Virus record (IMG/VR): IMGVR_UViG_3300037104_000756
Span: 1 to 64,000 of that record
Length of the DNA: 64,000 bases
Strand: one strand, 5' to 3'
Source of the DNA: a virus
The position numbers were made by a program, and so were the translations under genes. This document shows positions 9,583 to 18,926 of the stretch, one piece after another; within the stretch, counting starts at the first letter, position 1, and each line of letters begins with the position of its first letter. Below the pieces are notes generated by a model. That model did not search any database. It was not told the origin of the DNA and worked only from the letters and a program-made list of their open reading frames with translations.

Positions 9583-10014
9583 ATGATCCACCCTGATAGA
9601 AGGTTTGGACCTCATCCAGAACGAGGTCTCGCAATCAGCCTAGCGAAAAAAGGATTGGCGCAGATTAAAGGACGTATTCACCCTGACCGTGTTCTTACGG
9701 GTGCAGAAAAGAACGCGCGTCATCGTGCAAAACATCCTCGCACTGTCGAATTTCGGCGCGAAGAGCATGCAAACTATCAACGTGCATTCATCGCTGCCAA
9801 AACGCAACAGTATGAGAAACAAAAAGGTCTGTGTACCCTATGTCATACATCTTTGCCAGAATTGGAAAAATGTCACTGGGATCATGACCACAACACTGGC
9901 AAAATGCGAGACGTTTTGCATCGACGATGCAACATTGCTTTAGGTTATATTGAAGATGAACTTTACCCCCTAGCTCTTGATTATTTGGAGATGCACACCC
10001 ATGACGCCGATTAA
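9583..10014 (+). CDS. Endonuclease VII-like homing endonuclease
   Basis: QKGLCTLC…DHDHNTGKMRDVLHRRCNIALG. Confidence 0.85.
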   Translation: MIHPDRRFGPHPERGLAISLAKKGLAQIKGRIHPDRVLTGAEKNARHRAKHPRTVEFRREEHANYQRAFIAAKTQQYEKQKGLCTLCHTSLPELEKCHWDHDHNTGKMRDVLHRRCNIALGYIEDELYPLALDYLEMHTHDAD

Positions 10015-10624
10015 CCCGACCCCCGAAAAAACCCTTCTTGGGTGGTTGATTCGGCATGGGGAACTGGTCAATATGTCAGTATGGGATGGCTGGGGGTTAT
10101 TCGACCTCAGTGAAGAGGGTCGCCAACAAGCCGAAAAAGCCGCGCAGTGGCTATCTTTCGAAAAGATTGGGCGCGTCGTATCGTCAGACGTACCTCGTAC
10201 CCTGCACACCGCACAATACCTCATGGACACTGGGTGGGTCTGCTGCCCATTTATGGCGTGCGACCCGAACATCCGACCGTGGAATGTATCCGAAGAATTT
10301 ACGGGCAAGGAGAAGACTCCCGAGCGCCTTGCCGCGTTCAAAAAATATCTGGACGACCCTGATTTGGTCATCCCGGGCGGCGAGAGTCGCAACCAACTTC
10401 ACGACCGCGTGCAGGTAATATTCCAATATTTGTGCGCGCCGTATAATGCGCTGCCTACTGCTTGCTTCATTCACAATTCCGTGATAAAATCCCTGATGGG
10501 GCTGGACGACGTGAAACAAGCGGTTATGCCCGGGGGCATCGTCGGCGTTTATATGGACGAAAAAGGTGAGATTGATTTTGAAGTACTGCTGGGTCACGTT
10601 GAACCTGAGATTGGAGTTTCCTAA
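10001..10624 (+). CDS. Histidine phosphatase superfamily protein
   Basis: LIRHG catalytic motif, SSDVPRTLHTA, PGGES, C-terminal His (FIHNSVIK). Confidence 0.85.
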   Translation: MTPINPTPEKTLLGWLIRHGELVNMSVWDGWGLFDLSEEGRQQAEKAAQWLSFEKIGRVVSSDVPRTLHTAQYLMDTGWVCCPFMACDPNIRPWNVSEEFTGKEKTPERLAAFKKYLDDPDLVIPGGESRNQLHDRVQVIFQYLCAPYNALPTACFIHNSVIKSLMGLDDVKQAVMPGGIVGVYMDEKGEIDFEVLLGHVEPEIGVS

Positions 10625-11193
10625 TGTCTTCACCAACATCACCATTTATGGATCACGCCGCGCCTGTTTTGTCTGGCGATCCTACTCTGTCCGATGACCA
10701 ACGCGCCGATTTACATGACGCGTTCTACCAGAAGGACCCCGCTGCGTTAACCGCGCATCTGCAGACGTTGGCGATCCCTGACGACACGAAGCATAAATTG
10801 TTCCAAGCCAAGCAGGCGTCTATGCCCCCCACGCCGCCTGTCGACAAAGTGACGGACGCCGTGCATCGGCTGGCGGCTATCGACCCCCAGACATTAGAGA
10901 TTGCCGAATCGCACCCGAACTTGCTAAAGGCGTTCACCACTGCCGCTACGACCCCTGAGAAAGAGCCTACAGCGGCTGCAGGAGCGACTTCAGGCGCAGA
11001 TAAGGGTAAGAAGACATCCAAGGCTCCAACGGCTCCTGTAGCGCCACGGGCGGATGGGCAGCCCCATTTCCCAGCGATTCCTGATGGGCATCACAGGGTT
11101 TTGAGCACCAACGGTGGAGTTTACGACGTGCCACACGAAAACATAGATGCCGCGCGCGTGGCAGACCCGAACTTGCACATCTTGAACCCATAA
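10624..11193 (+). CDS. Hypothetical protein preceding the giant virion protein
   Basis: Translationally coupled (TAATG); P/A-rich. Confidence 0.7.
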   Translation: MSSPTSPFMDHAAPVLSGDPTLSDDQRADLHDAFYQKDPAALTAHLQTLAIPDDTKHKLFQAKQASMPPTPPVDKVTDAVHRLAAIDPQTLEIAESHPNLLKAFTTAATTPEKEPTAAAGATSGADKGKKTSKAPTAPVAPRADGQPHFPAIPDGHHRVLSTNGGVYDVPHENIDAARVADPNLHILNP

Positions 11194-11205
11194 TTCGGAG
11201 ACCTT

Positions 11206-14200
11206 GTGGCAGAAGATACCCCAGTTACTCCAGCGGCACCTCCGATACCGGACTCGATTCCGATTACGGACCCAACTGTGTCTGCATCAATTCCAATTGA
11301 CCCAGACACCGCTGCGATCTACGACCCCGCCAAAGACAAGAGGGCTCCATTCCTCAAGGTGAATCTGCATCCAACGGGACCGACTATTGAGGAAGCACAT
11401 AAACCTTTACTGCAGCGAGCCAAAGAAGCCATCACGGAGAATATTCCTAACTATTCGTCCCGAACTGTCTACGATCCCAAGTACGGTAAAGAATCTTTTC
11501 TCCCCGATTCAGATGTTATGACGAGCCAGGAGCGGCGCGAACATCCCGTCGTTGCAGGGGCGCTCGATGCCGCTAGTGGTTTGGCAACTCCCGCCACGCT
11601 CGCGACCGTTGCGGCGACTGCAGGAGTAGGCGAAGCGGGACTCATTCCCAAAGTGTTGTCGGGTCTTTTCGCAGGTCAAATTGCTGTAGGAGTGTACGAC
11701 CAGTATCCTGCATTAAAAGCGGCGGTAGATAAAGCCCAGCACGCAAAGACGACGCAAGAACATGACGACGCGTTTGCCGAAGCGCAACAACTATTGACGC
11801 ACATGGGCGCGGATACCGTTATGGGTTTGTTGGCTGCGAAGCACGGCGCGGAAGGCGCGAAAGAGATTTTGGACTCGACTACGGGCAGCGGCGTGCCCGA
11901 CCAAGCATCAACGTTTAAGGCTCCGCAAGGACCTGCGGCTCCCGAACCTGAAGAGACACACCCCGAAATGAATCGGGATACGGTTAAGTCGCTCCAGAAG
12001 TTAGGATACTCCAACCAACACATTACCAATTTCAATATCTCCGAAATCCGCGACATTCTGAAAAATAATACTCCTGCGGTTGATCATCCCGTATCCAAAC
12101 CCGCTGGTCCCGACCCTGATGCATTTGCTGCGTCTGGCGGTAAGTTGGTGGGTCCGACTCCGACAAAAGCGGCATCCGCCGCTGCCGCGCCAGAAGCAAA
12201 AATTACCACCGACAGTAATGGAACTAAATGGGCTGAGAACGAGAACGGCGTCCGTGTTTCTATTCCGCAGCGCATCCCTGAAGCGCAAGTCCAAGAGTAC
12301 GCCGCTACACAACTTGATTCACAAGCTAAGATGCAGGCGGACGCCAAGGCGAAAGTCGCGAACGCAGCGGACCCCATCGAAGACCTTCTCATGTCCGACA
12401 AGATTCAAGGCAAGAAAGTTCGCGGTGCAACTCCAAAACCTACCGAGATTCCTGCGCAGCAAGGGCGACGGGCGGGAGTGGGAGGCGTTAACCGCACACT
12501 TCCTGAAGACAGTAGTTTTGCCTTCAGGGCGAGAAGCACGGACAAACTCCCCTATGACAGCACCAGCAATGGCGGGGATATGGGGCGCGGCGGTAAAGCG
12601 TGGCTCAATACCGATGGGACTTTTGACCCTCAAGATGAAGTCCATAAGAATGGGCTTGAAAATCTTGCCAAAGGAAATATCCGAATCGGAAATTTAGAGC
12701 GTGACGGGAGTGTTCTCTTCCATGCAAATGACGTTCCTACCGAAGCGCAACGTGCGGCAATCGGAAAAGACATCGCCAAGCAGGGAGTGATTTACGATTT
12801 GACCAATAAGAGCGGTGAGCGCATTTCGGGTGAGACAGATAAACCAGGAGAATTCTGGCGCGCTGTCGATAAATTTTATGGCGTTGGACCCCAGCCCGAC
12901 GCCTTCGCATCATCGGGCGGCAAGTTTGTAGGAAAAACGCCTGAGCCAGCCGCACCCGCTGTCACTTATCATCCAGATTTGCAAAAAGTCATAGACCTTC
13001 CAGGTGTGACGGTTCACCAAAACGCATCGCAGGTTACTGGCGCAGCACATTTCGTGACACCCGATGGGAAATTCGTGCGCTTGCCTAGAGGGCTAGGGCA
13101 TCCTGAAGCTGTCGCAAAAGCGGTCGGTGGGGCTGCGTACGACCCTGATAATCGTGTTCGATTTCTAAATGACACAGGTGCGCTGCGTATTCGTCCCTCG
13201 ACAGGGAAGGCGGGAGAAACATTGCATGTTTCAGTTCCTGCAGGTGGCGTGACGCCTGAACAAGTGGACGCACTACAGCGATCCGTGCAGGCTATGGGTA
13301 AAAACGGCAATCTGGTTTTGGAACGCGCAGATATCAACGCCGAAAACAAAGACACCGCCAGCACCACTATCGAGCAGGTGAAACCATATCAAGTAGAAGA
13401 CGCGTTGAAAAAAATCGGAGCGCATCCAGAACAAGCGGGTCTTGTCACCAGTGAACTGCAAACTCCACATAAAGAAACATACGAAATGGAAATCACAGAT
13501 CGCGTAGGCGACACCAATACGGACGGGGAGGTTCATACCGAAAAAATTGACGCGCACTCCCCCAAGCAAGCGATAGCTCTTGCGCAAAAGAAATTCCCAG
13601 ATGCACATCAATGGCGCTTGGCTACCATGCCTGAAGAGAAGGCACTGTCAACTGAATATTCCGTCCCGACGAAGAACCTCGCCACAATGCCTGCATCCGC
13701 AGACCGCCCTGTGGTTCACACTATCCGCCACGAACTTGGACATGCCTTGGTCGGACAGAATGAAGGCATGGGCGTGAAAGCGATGATTAGCTCGACTCAC
13801 CCTAAAGGCGGGAGGAACATGCGGGCGGCGGTTGATTGGGACGCGACGGGTGTGTTTAATTTTAATGGACACCCATACCCCGAAAAAATTCCCATGCTTG
13901 TTCGCACATTCATGGGTGGCATAGCTGCAGATGAAGTTTTCAATGATCTGCCGCGCAGCACCAATCACAATTTCAACATCGCGACTCGCGGTTCGGATGG
14001 TCAACGGGCGTATAGCTTTCTGCGGGCGGAAGGCGTCAGTCACGAACAGGCGTTTGATTATATGCACCAAGCGATAGAAGACGGGAAAGCGTATTTGGCA
14101 AAGCCTGAAGTTTCTGATATCATCAAAGAGAACGCGAATGTTCGAGAAGCAGGGCTGTCTCGGCAGTACCACTACAGTCCCGAAAGATTGCAAAATATGC

Positions 14201-17200
14201 ATGCGGAAGCTCAAAGGAGAATTCAAAATGGAGCCGAACAGCCTAACAACGGAGCAATTAATGGACAAGCTGCTGGAGGACGCGAAACAGCAGACACCCG
14301 AGGAGAAAGCGGAAGTGCGCAAGGCACTGGCGAAGGCGTTCCCGCAGAAGAAGGTATAGTCTCGGAAGAAAAATCCAGAAGCCCCCAAAAACCTGCAAAA
14401 TTAAAACAAAACCCACCTGTAGGGTATATCACCCCGGCAGGGAAATTTGATCCATTCCAGAAGGGCGAGACCTCCCACATGGAAGCCGCCCATCGTTTGA
14501 TGGGCTATGGCGATCCTCAAAAATCCCTTGATGTTGACGCCTTCGATGAGGTACTAAAGGCGGGGTATGTGCGTAAAGCCGGACAAGGGTCCTATGATAT
14601 TCGTGGAGAACTGAATCCACAAACCAAAGCAGCCCTTGAGCACGATATTCTCTTAGATTCCCGCGATCTTAAAACGGGAGGTAAATATAAGCATCCCGCC
14701 AATATCGTCATCGAAAATGACGATGATGGTTACGAATTTTCAGTAGACGACTTCATCGACAAGTACAACGGCAGTCTTGATAAGGCGATGAACGCCGAGC
14801 GCACATTGACTACGGCTGAAGTCAAGAAACCTGCAGCCATGACGCCTAAGATTGCGCAGCAGATTGTTGATGCGCACACTGCCAACGGTGGCTCTACCTT
14901 CAACCTTCACCAAGGCGACTTAGCAGGCACTGATAACTACGCGGTAGCGGCACATCCCGAACGCGGAGAAGTTTTGGATCATCAGCCGACCACCAAAGAT
15001 ATTCAAGCGTTTGCCAAAAAGAACGCAGACCTGTTGAAGGACCCAGAAAAGAGTATCGGCACTTGGCACGACACCTCGAACGATACGCACGCGCTCGATG
15101 TCGTCGCGACGATGCCCGACCGCGAGAAAGCTATCGCGCTAGGAAAAGCGAACGACCAAAAAGCTATCTTCGGCTTGAAAAACAACGAAGAAATCAACAC
15201 AGGTGGAACTGGCGCAGTGCCTGTCGGCGGTACCGCCGCCGCGCCCGCAGCACCAGCCGCGCCGCCCGAGAGCGCCGATATTCCGACAGTCAGCACCCGC
15301 GTACCTTCGCGCAAAGTCAAGGGTGTAGATGTCGAAGACCACACCAATCAGGCGCTCACATCTGACATGGACGCTGCTAAAGCCGCGCCTGGGTACATGC
15401 AGAAGATGGTGGATAAGATCATTGCTACTCCAGGTTTCAAGGCTCCCGAGGGAGGCGACGCGCAAGCGATTGCCGAAGCATATATTCGGCACGTTGCGGA
15501 CAATACGAAATTCGTGTTCAACAAATTGAAGCCCGAGAACGTCAAGAAAGACGAGCAGTGGTATCCTGTTGGCGCGCATCAGCGCGGTCTCGAAGTCGCG
15601 AAGCAGCATGGATACACTCCCGCGCAAATATTCGGCGTCACGTCAGTGGAATCTCCCATGACCGACTGGGATGCAAATACCGCGATGGCGGAACGCACTG
15701 CCAGCATCTGGAAGAACCAACAGAAGACCAAATTCACTCCTGAAATGCGTCAAGCGGCGGATGATATTCTCACTGTGCCCGCCATGGGGAAATTTAAAAC
15801 ACTCTTCAAGGGTTTAGAGGGAAAGACGCTGGCTGAACTCCCAAACATCGAAGATAAGGCATGGTGGCTGCGGCTATATGACGAGGGACACAACCCACGC
15901 TCATATCAGACCTGGAATCCTGACGGGACCTCGGGAGGATTCGCGAAAAACATCGATGGGGTGACCAATAAAAACCTCGGATGGAGTTTCCAGAACCACA
16001 TTCAAAAAGCGATCTCCATTCTACAGGACGGATCGCCCGAGAACATTAGCGCGAGTTTGGGCTATGGACACAAGGTTCGCAACTTCTATAATAACCAACT
16101 CGCGCCAGATGACCCGCGATATTTGACCATCGACACCCACGCGGTTAACATTGCGCAGTTGCGCCCGATGTCAGGAAAGAATCCTGGCGTCACATCAAAT
16201 TTCGGCACGATCAGTAATGGACCGCACGGATTAAGCGGTGTTTACCCTTTGCACGATGCTGGGTATCGATTGGCTGCAAAAGAGCTTGGCATTTCAATCC
16301 CGAGTAGACTACAATCACCTACATGGGTAGAAATTCGCAATGTCTTTACGGACGATTTCAAAACGAAGGAAAATCTTGCATCGATAGATGCAATATGGAA
16401 GGAACATTCCGATGGAAAAATCACAGCCGACGACGCCCGCAACAAAATCTGGGACTTCGCAGAGCGATGGAACCGTGAAAATACTGGAAAGACTGGGAGT
16501 ACCAGTGACCAGGGAAAACTATTTGATGCTGGCGTTCGCGGGACATCCACCAAAGGAACTGGATCAGGAAATCGAGGAGCAACTCCCGCGCCAGTTTCGA
16601 AACCAGAAGTAGACGAGGGCGACACCTCATTTGACTTCGGGGCGAATGAACCAGAGCGCATCGCGCCCGCGCGTGTAAAATCCAACGTTCCGAAGATGAC
16701 AGGAGAGGGTTTAATTAAAGCGCTCCATGGTCTTAATAAACCCAGTGGGAAAATTCCAACAAAGTTTCGTCAAAACCTCAATGCCGCCGAAAGCATGAGT
16801 GATCCAGATACGCGGTTCAATACCGCGCAGCATGAAGCAGGACATGTAGTGATTAGCGAGATGTTGCGCCCCGGGGCTGTTCAGGGTGTTGGGTTGGATG
16901 ACTCGGGAGGATACACCAACATAGCGCCGCCAGCGGGGAAAACAGAAGCCAGTCAGCTTTCTCCAGAGGAAATCCGAAATCTCGTCGCGGTGAGTTACGC
17001 GGGCGGGATGGTAGAGCCAGGAGGAACCACCGCCAAGCATGTCGGACCAGATCAAGCGCGACGGGCAGACATATTAGGGGGTGGCGCGGTATCGACGATG
17101 TCTAATATTGGTCGTTTGATAACGGGTCATACTCTTGGTACTGACCAAATGCTACAGGCGAATCAACAACAGGCTGAAGCAAAGGCGCGCGTGACCGCAC

Positions 17201-17310
17201 TGCTTGCCGACCCTGCTGTTCGCCAGAACATCAATACCTTGGCAACGCACATCACAACGAGGGGGCATCTCTCAGGCGACGAAATCCGTAGCGTGCTAAA
17301 GAAGCCTTGA
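11206..17310 (+). CDS. Giant polyvalent (probably virion-packaged) multidomain protein
   Basis: 2034 aa; two M41/FtsH-like zincin domains (HELGH at 13729, HEAGH at 16831), an HhH-GPD glycosylase-like domain (GHKVRNF…TIDTH), three copies of a [YFW]-h-x-P/T-D/A-G-x-F…H…G-x-h-R module, and low-complexity linkers. Confidence 0.85.
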   Translation: MAEDTPVTPAAPPIPDSIPITDPTVSASIPIDPDTAAIYDPAKDKRAPFLKVNLHPTGPTIEEAHKPLLQRAKEAITENIPNYSSRTVYDPKYGKESFLPDSDVMTSQERREHPVVAGALDAASGLATPATLATVAATAGVGEAGLIPKVLSGLFAGQIAVGVYDQYPALKAAVDKAQHAKTTQEHDDAFAEAQQLLTHMGADTVMGLLAAKHGAEGAKEILDSTTGSGVPDQASTFKAPQGPAAPEPEETHPEMNRDTVKSLQKLGYSNQHITNFNISEIRDILKNNTPAVDHPVSKPAGPDPDAFAASGGKLVGPTPTKAASAAAAPEAKITTDSNGTKWAENENGVRVSIPQRIPEAQVQEYAATQLDSQAKMQADAKAKVANAADPIEDLLMSDKIQGKKVRGATPKPTEIPAQQGRRAGVGGVNRTLPEDSSFAFRARSTDKLPYDSTSNGGDMGRGGKAWLNTDGTFDPQDEVHKNGLENLAKGNIRIGNLERDGSVLFHANDVPTEAQRAAIGKDIAKQGVIYDLTNKSGERISGETDKPGEFWRAVDKFYGVGPQPDAFASSGGKFVGKTPEPAAPAVTYHPDLQKVIDLPGVTVHQNASQVTGAAHFVTPDGKFVRLPRGLGHPEAVAKAVGGAAYDPDNRVRFLNDTGALRIRPSTGKAGETLHVSVPAGGVTPEQVDALQRSVQAMGKNGNLVLERADINAENKDTASTTIEQVKPYQVEDALKKIGAHPEQAGLVTSELQTPHKETYEMEITDRVGDTNTDGEVHTEKIDAHSPKQAIALAQKKFPDAHQWRLATMPEEKALSTEYSVPTKNLATMPASADRPVVHTIRHELGHALVGQNEGMGVKAMISSTHPKGGRNMRAAVDWDATGVFNFNGHPYPEKIPMLVRTFMGGIAADEVFNDLPRSTNHNFNIATRGSDGQRAYSFLRAEGVSHEQAFDYMHQAIEDGKAYLAKPEVSDIIKENANVREAGLSRQYHYSPERLQNMHAEAQRRIQNGAEQPNNGAINGQAAGGRETADTRGESGSAQGTGEGVPAEEGIVSEEKSRSPQKPAKLKQNPPVGYITPAGKFDPFQKGETSHMEAAHRLMGYGDPQKSLDVDAFDEVLKAGYVRKAGQGSYDIRGELNPQTKAALEHDILLDSRDLKTGGKYKHPANIVIENDDDGYEFSVDDFIDKYNGSLDKAMNAERTLTTAEVKKPAAMTPKIAQQIVDAHTANGGSTFNLHQGDLAGTDNYAVAAHPERGEVLDHQPTTKDIQAFAKKNADLLKDPEKSIGTWHDTSNDTHALDVVATMPDREKAIALGKANDQKAIFGLKNNEEINTGGTGAVPVGGTAAAPAAPAAPPESADIPTVSTRVPSRKVKGVDVEDHTNQALTSDMDAAKAAPGYMQKMVDKIIATPGFKAPEGGDAQAIAEAYIRHVADNTKFVFNKLKPENVKKDEQWYPVGAHQRGLEVAKQHGYTPAQIFGVTSVESPMTDWDANTAMAERTASIWKNQQKTKFTPEMRQAADDILTVPAMGKFKTLFKGLEGKTLAELPNIEDKAWWLRLYDEGHNPRSYQTWNPDGTSGGFAKNIDGVTNKNLGWSFQNHIQKAISILQDGSPENISASLGYGHKVRNFYNNQLAPDDPRYLTIDTHAVNIAQLRPMSGKNPGVTSNFGTISNGPHGLSGVYPLHDAGYRLAAKELGISIPSRLQSPTWVEIRNVFTDDFKTKENLASIDAIWKEHSDGKITADDARNKIWDFAERWNRENTGKTGSTSDQGKLFDAGVRGTSTKGTGSGNRGATPAPVSKPEVDEGDTSFDFGANEPERIAPARVKSNVPKMTGEGLIKALHGLNKPSGKIPTKFRQNLNAAESMSDPDTRFNTAQHEAGHVVISEMLRPGAVQGVGLDDSGGYTNIAPPAGKTEASQLSPEEIRNLVAVSYAGGMVEPGGTTAKHVGPDQARRADILGGGAVSTMSNIGRLITGHTLGTDQMLQANQQQAEAKARVTALLADPAVRQNINTLATHITTRGHLSGDEIRSVLKKP
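14228..14359 (+). CDS. Nested +1-frame small protein (43 aa) inside the giant gene
   Basis: SD AAAGGAG directly upstream of the ATG; helical sequence MEPNSLTTEQLMDKLLEDAKQQTPEEKAEVRKALAKAFPQKKV. Confidence 0.6.
   Translation: MEPNSLTTEQLMDKLLEDAKQQTPEEKAEVRKALAKAFPQKKV
16412..16612 (+). CDS. Nested +1-frame small protein (66 aa) inside the giant gene
   Basis: SD GGAAGGA before ATG; globular-looking core ILERLGVPVTRENYLMLAFAGHPPKELDQEIEEQLP. Confidence 0.65.
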   Translation: MEKSQPTTPATKSGTSQSDGTVKILERLGVPVTRENYLMLAFAGHPPKELDQEIEEQLPRQFRNQK

Positions 17311-17342
17311 CGAACTGAGTATTCGGCGATACACTAAAATCC

Positions 17343-17864
17343 ATGAGTGCCGTTAAACCCAAAGCTGCTCGCAAGCCAGTCACCGCCGAAGCTAAACTCA
17401 TCCTGCAAGACAAAAGACTTCAGAAGAAGTATGGCATTACTCTGGAAGAGCGCGACAAAAGGATTTACGAACAAGAAGGATTGTGTGCAATTTGCGGCGG
17501 CGCGCTCGACGCGTACGGACCCCCGAACGTGGATCACTTCCATTTCTTTGTCCAAGCCGTTCGCGAGACAGACCAACGGCTGCTGGCGCTGGGGTTGAAA
17601 TGGATTGCGATATCTTATGACGAGAGACGGAATTCGGTGTATTCCCGATACGCTAAAACCAAAGAGTCTGCTATCGCGAGTGTGAAAGACGCAACGAAAG
17701 CGTGGTCGGTGCGGGGCATTCTTTGCTTCAAATGTAATCGTGGCCTGGGCTCCATCGAGAAGTTTTTTAACGCCGCGCACCAACCTGGAAATCTCCTCCC
17801 TGTGATCGATTATTTACGGGCTCGATTAAAAACACTTGACAAACCGACAGACTTTAAACTATAG
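17343..17864 (+). CDS. Endonuclease VII-like homing endonuclease with internal insertion
   Basis: KKYGITLEE…QEGLCAICGG…VDHFH, about 55 extra residues, then VRGILCFKCNRGLG; promoter TTGACG-17-TACACT. Confidence 0.8.
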   Translation: MSAVKPKAARKPVTAEAKLILQDKRLQKKYGITLEERDKRIYEQEGLCAICGGALDAYGPPNVDHFHFFVQAVRETDQRLLALGLKWIAISYDERRNSVYSRYAKTKESAIASVKDATKAWSVRGILCFKCNRGLGSIEKFFNAAHQPGNLLPVIDYLRARLKTLDKPTDFKL

Positions 17865-17887
17865 TACTTTCCGACACTGGAGACATT

Positions 17888-18661
17888 ATGTCAACGACCC
17901 CAGAACCTATCGCCGTCCCACATCCTCTCAATGCGATTAGCACCTTTCTCAAAGCACACGAACGTCTCATCATTATCGCGGTGTGCTTGCTGGTGGGTTT
18001 GCACTTTTACGGTCGCGTGATTGGCGCTTGGGAAGCGCATGATCAACGCGCGGACACGCTCGCGCATGCGACGCTACAGGCTAATGTGTCCGCCGCCAAC
18101 CAACAAGCGGATGTGAACGCAAAAGCGGCAGCGCAATACCAACAACTTGCAACCCAGCTTGCCGAATCCAACAAGGCGCTGGCGTTGGCGCAGGCGACGC
18201 GCAATACCGCCACACAAAACCAACAGAATACCGACCGTACGCTTCCTCCCAATGAATTGGCGTTGCGCTGGACGACCTTGCTCCATATTGCTCCTGAGTC
18301 CGTACTGGTAGAGCCTGGGGGCAAGGGCATCCCCGACGCGCTCTTGATTACTCCAGCGGGAGCGCGAGAAACCGTAGTTCAGTTGGAGAGCATACCGACG
18401 TTGCAGGCTGACCTTAAAGACGAGCAAAGTGTTGTAGCCAACGACCAGACTCAAATCGGCACGTTAACGACCCTGAATGGCGGCTTGAATAAGCAGATCG
18501 ACGCCTTGAACGTTGTGAACGAGTCTGAGATCAAGGCATGCACTGATGATAAGAATTTGCTGAAGGCTCAGGCACGTAAGTCTAAATTTCACTGGTTTAT
18601 TGGTGGATTTGTCACTGGATTTATTACTCGCCAAGTCATCAAAATCTATACAGGATTCTAG
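17888..18661 (+). CDS. Membrane-anchored coiled-coil protein (spanin-like)
   Basis: N-terminal TM segment, long Q/A coiled coil, C-terminal hydrophobic segment; promoter TTGACA-18-TATAGT. Confidence 0.5.
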   Translation: MSTTPEPIAVPHPLNAISTFLKAHERLIIIAVCLLVGLHFYGRVIGAWEAHDQRADTLAHATLQANVSAANQQADVNAKAAAQYQQLATQLAESNKALALAQATRNTATQNQQNTDRTLPPNELALRWTTLLHIAPESVLVEPGGKGIPDALLITPAGARETVVQLESIPTLQADLKDEQSVVANDQTQIGTLTTLNGGLNKQIDALNVVNESEIKACTDDKNLLKAQARKSKFHWFIGGFVTGFITRQVIKIYTGF

Positions 18662-18674
18662 GGAGGCACTGAGC

Positions 18675-18926
18675 ATGCCAAATGCATCTAAAGGGGCTGA
18701 ATTAAAAGCAGCGGGTCTTTGTCATAGTTGCGGAAAAAGGCCACGACGTGCAGATAGGATTAGATGCGAACTTTGTGCTGCCGCTGATCTCGCGCGGTCG
18801 AGGCGTCAGACTGACCGATTCCAAGAACGCACAGGTGTTAGGCATACTGAACCTGAATGGAAGGTTCTCGAAATCGAAGCTCAACTAAAATGGAATAAAG
18901 AAAACATTCACCCGGAGGTAGCATGA
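18675..18926 (+). CDS. Small Zn-finger protein, paralog A
   Basis: CxxC…CxxC; SD GGAGG; shares both termini with 21382..21642. Confidence 0.75.
   Translation: MPNASKGAELKAAGLCHSCGKRPRRADRIRCELCAAADLARSRRQTDRFQERTGVRHTEPEWKVLEIEAQLKWNKENIHPEVA

Noticed and set aside
12080-12697. 205-aa alternative-frame ORF in the giant gene
   Set aside because: No SD, R/P/S-rich shadow composition, and the main frame there encodes a folded module, unlike the two accepted nested ORFs.
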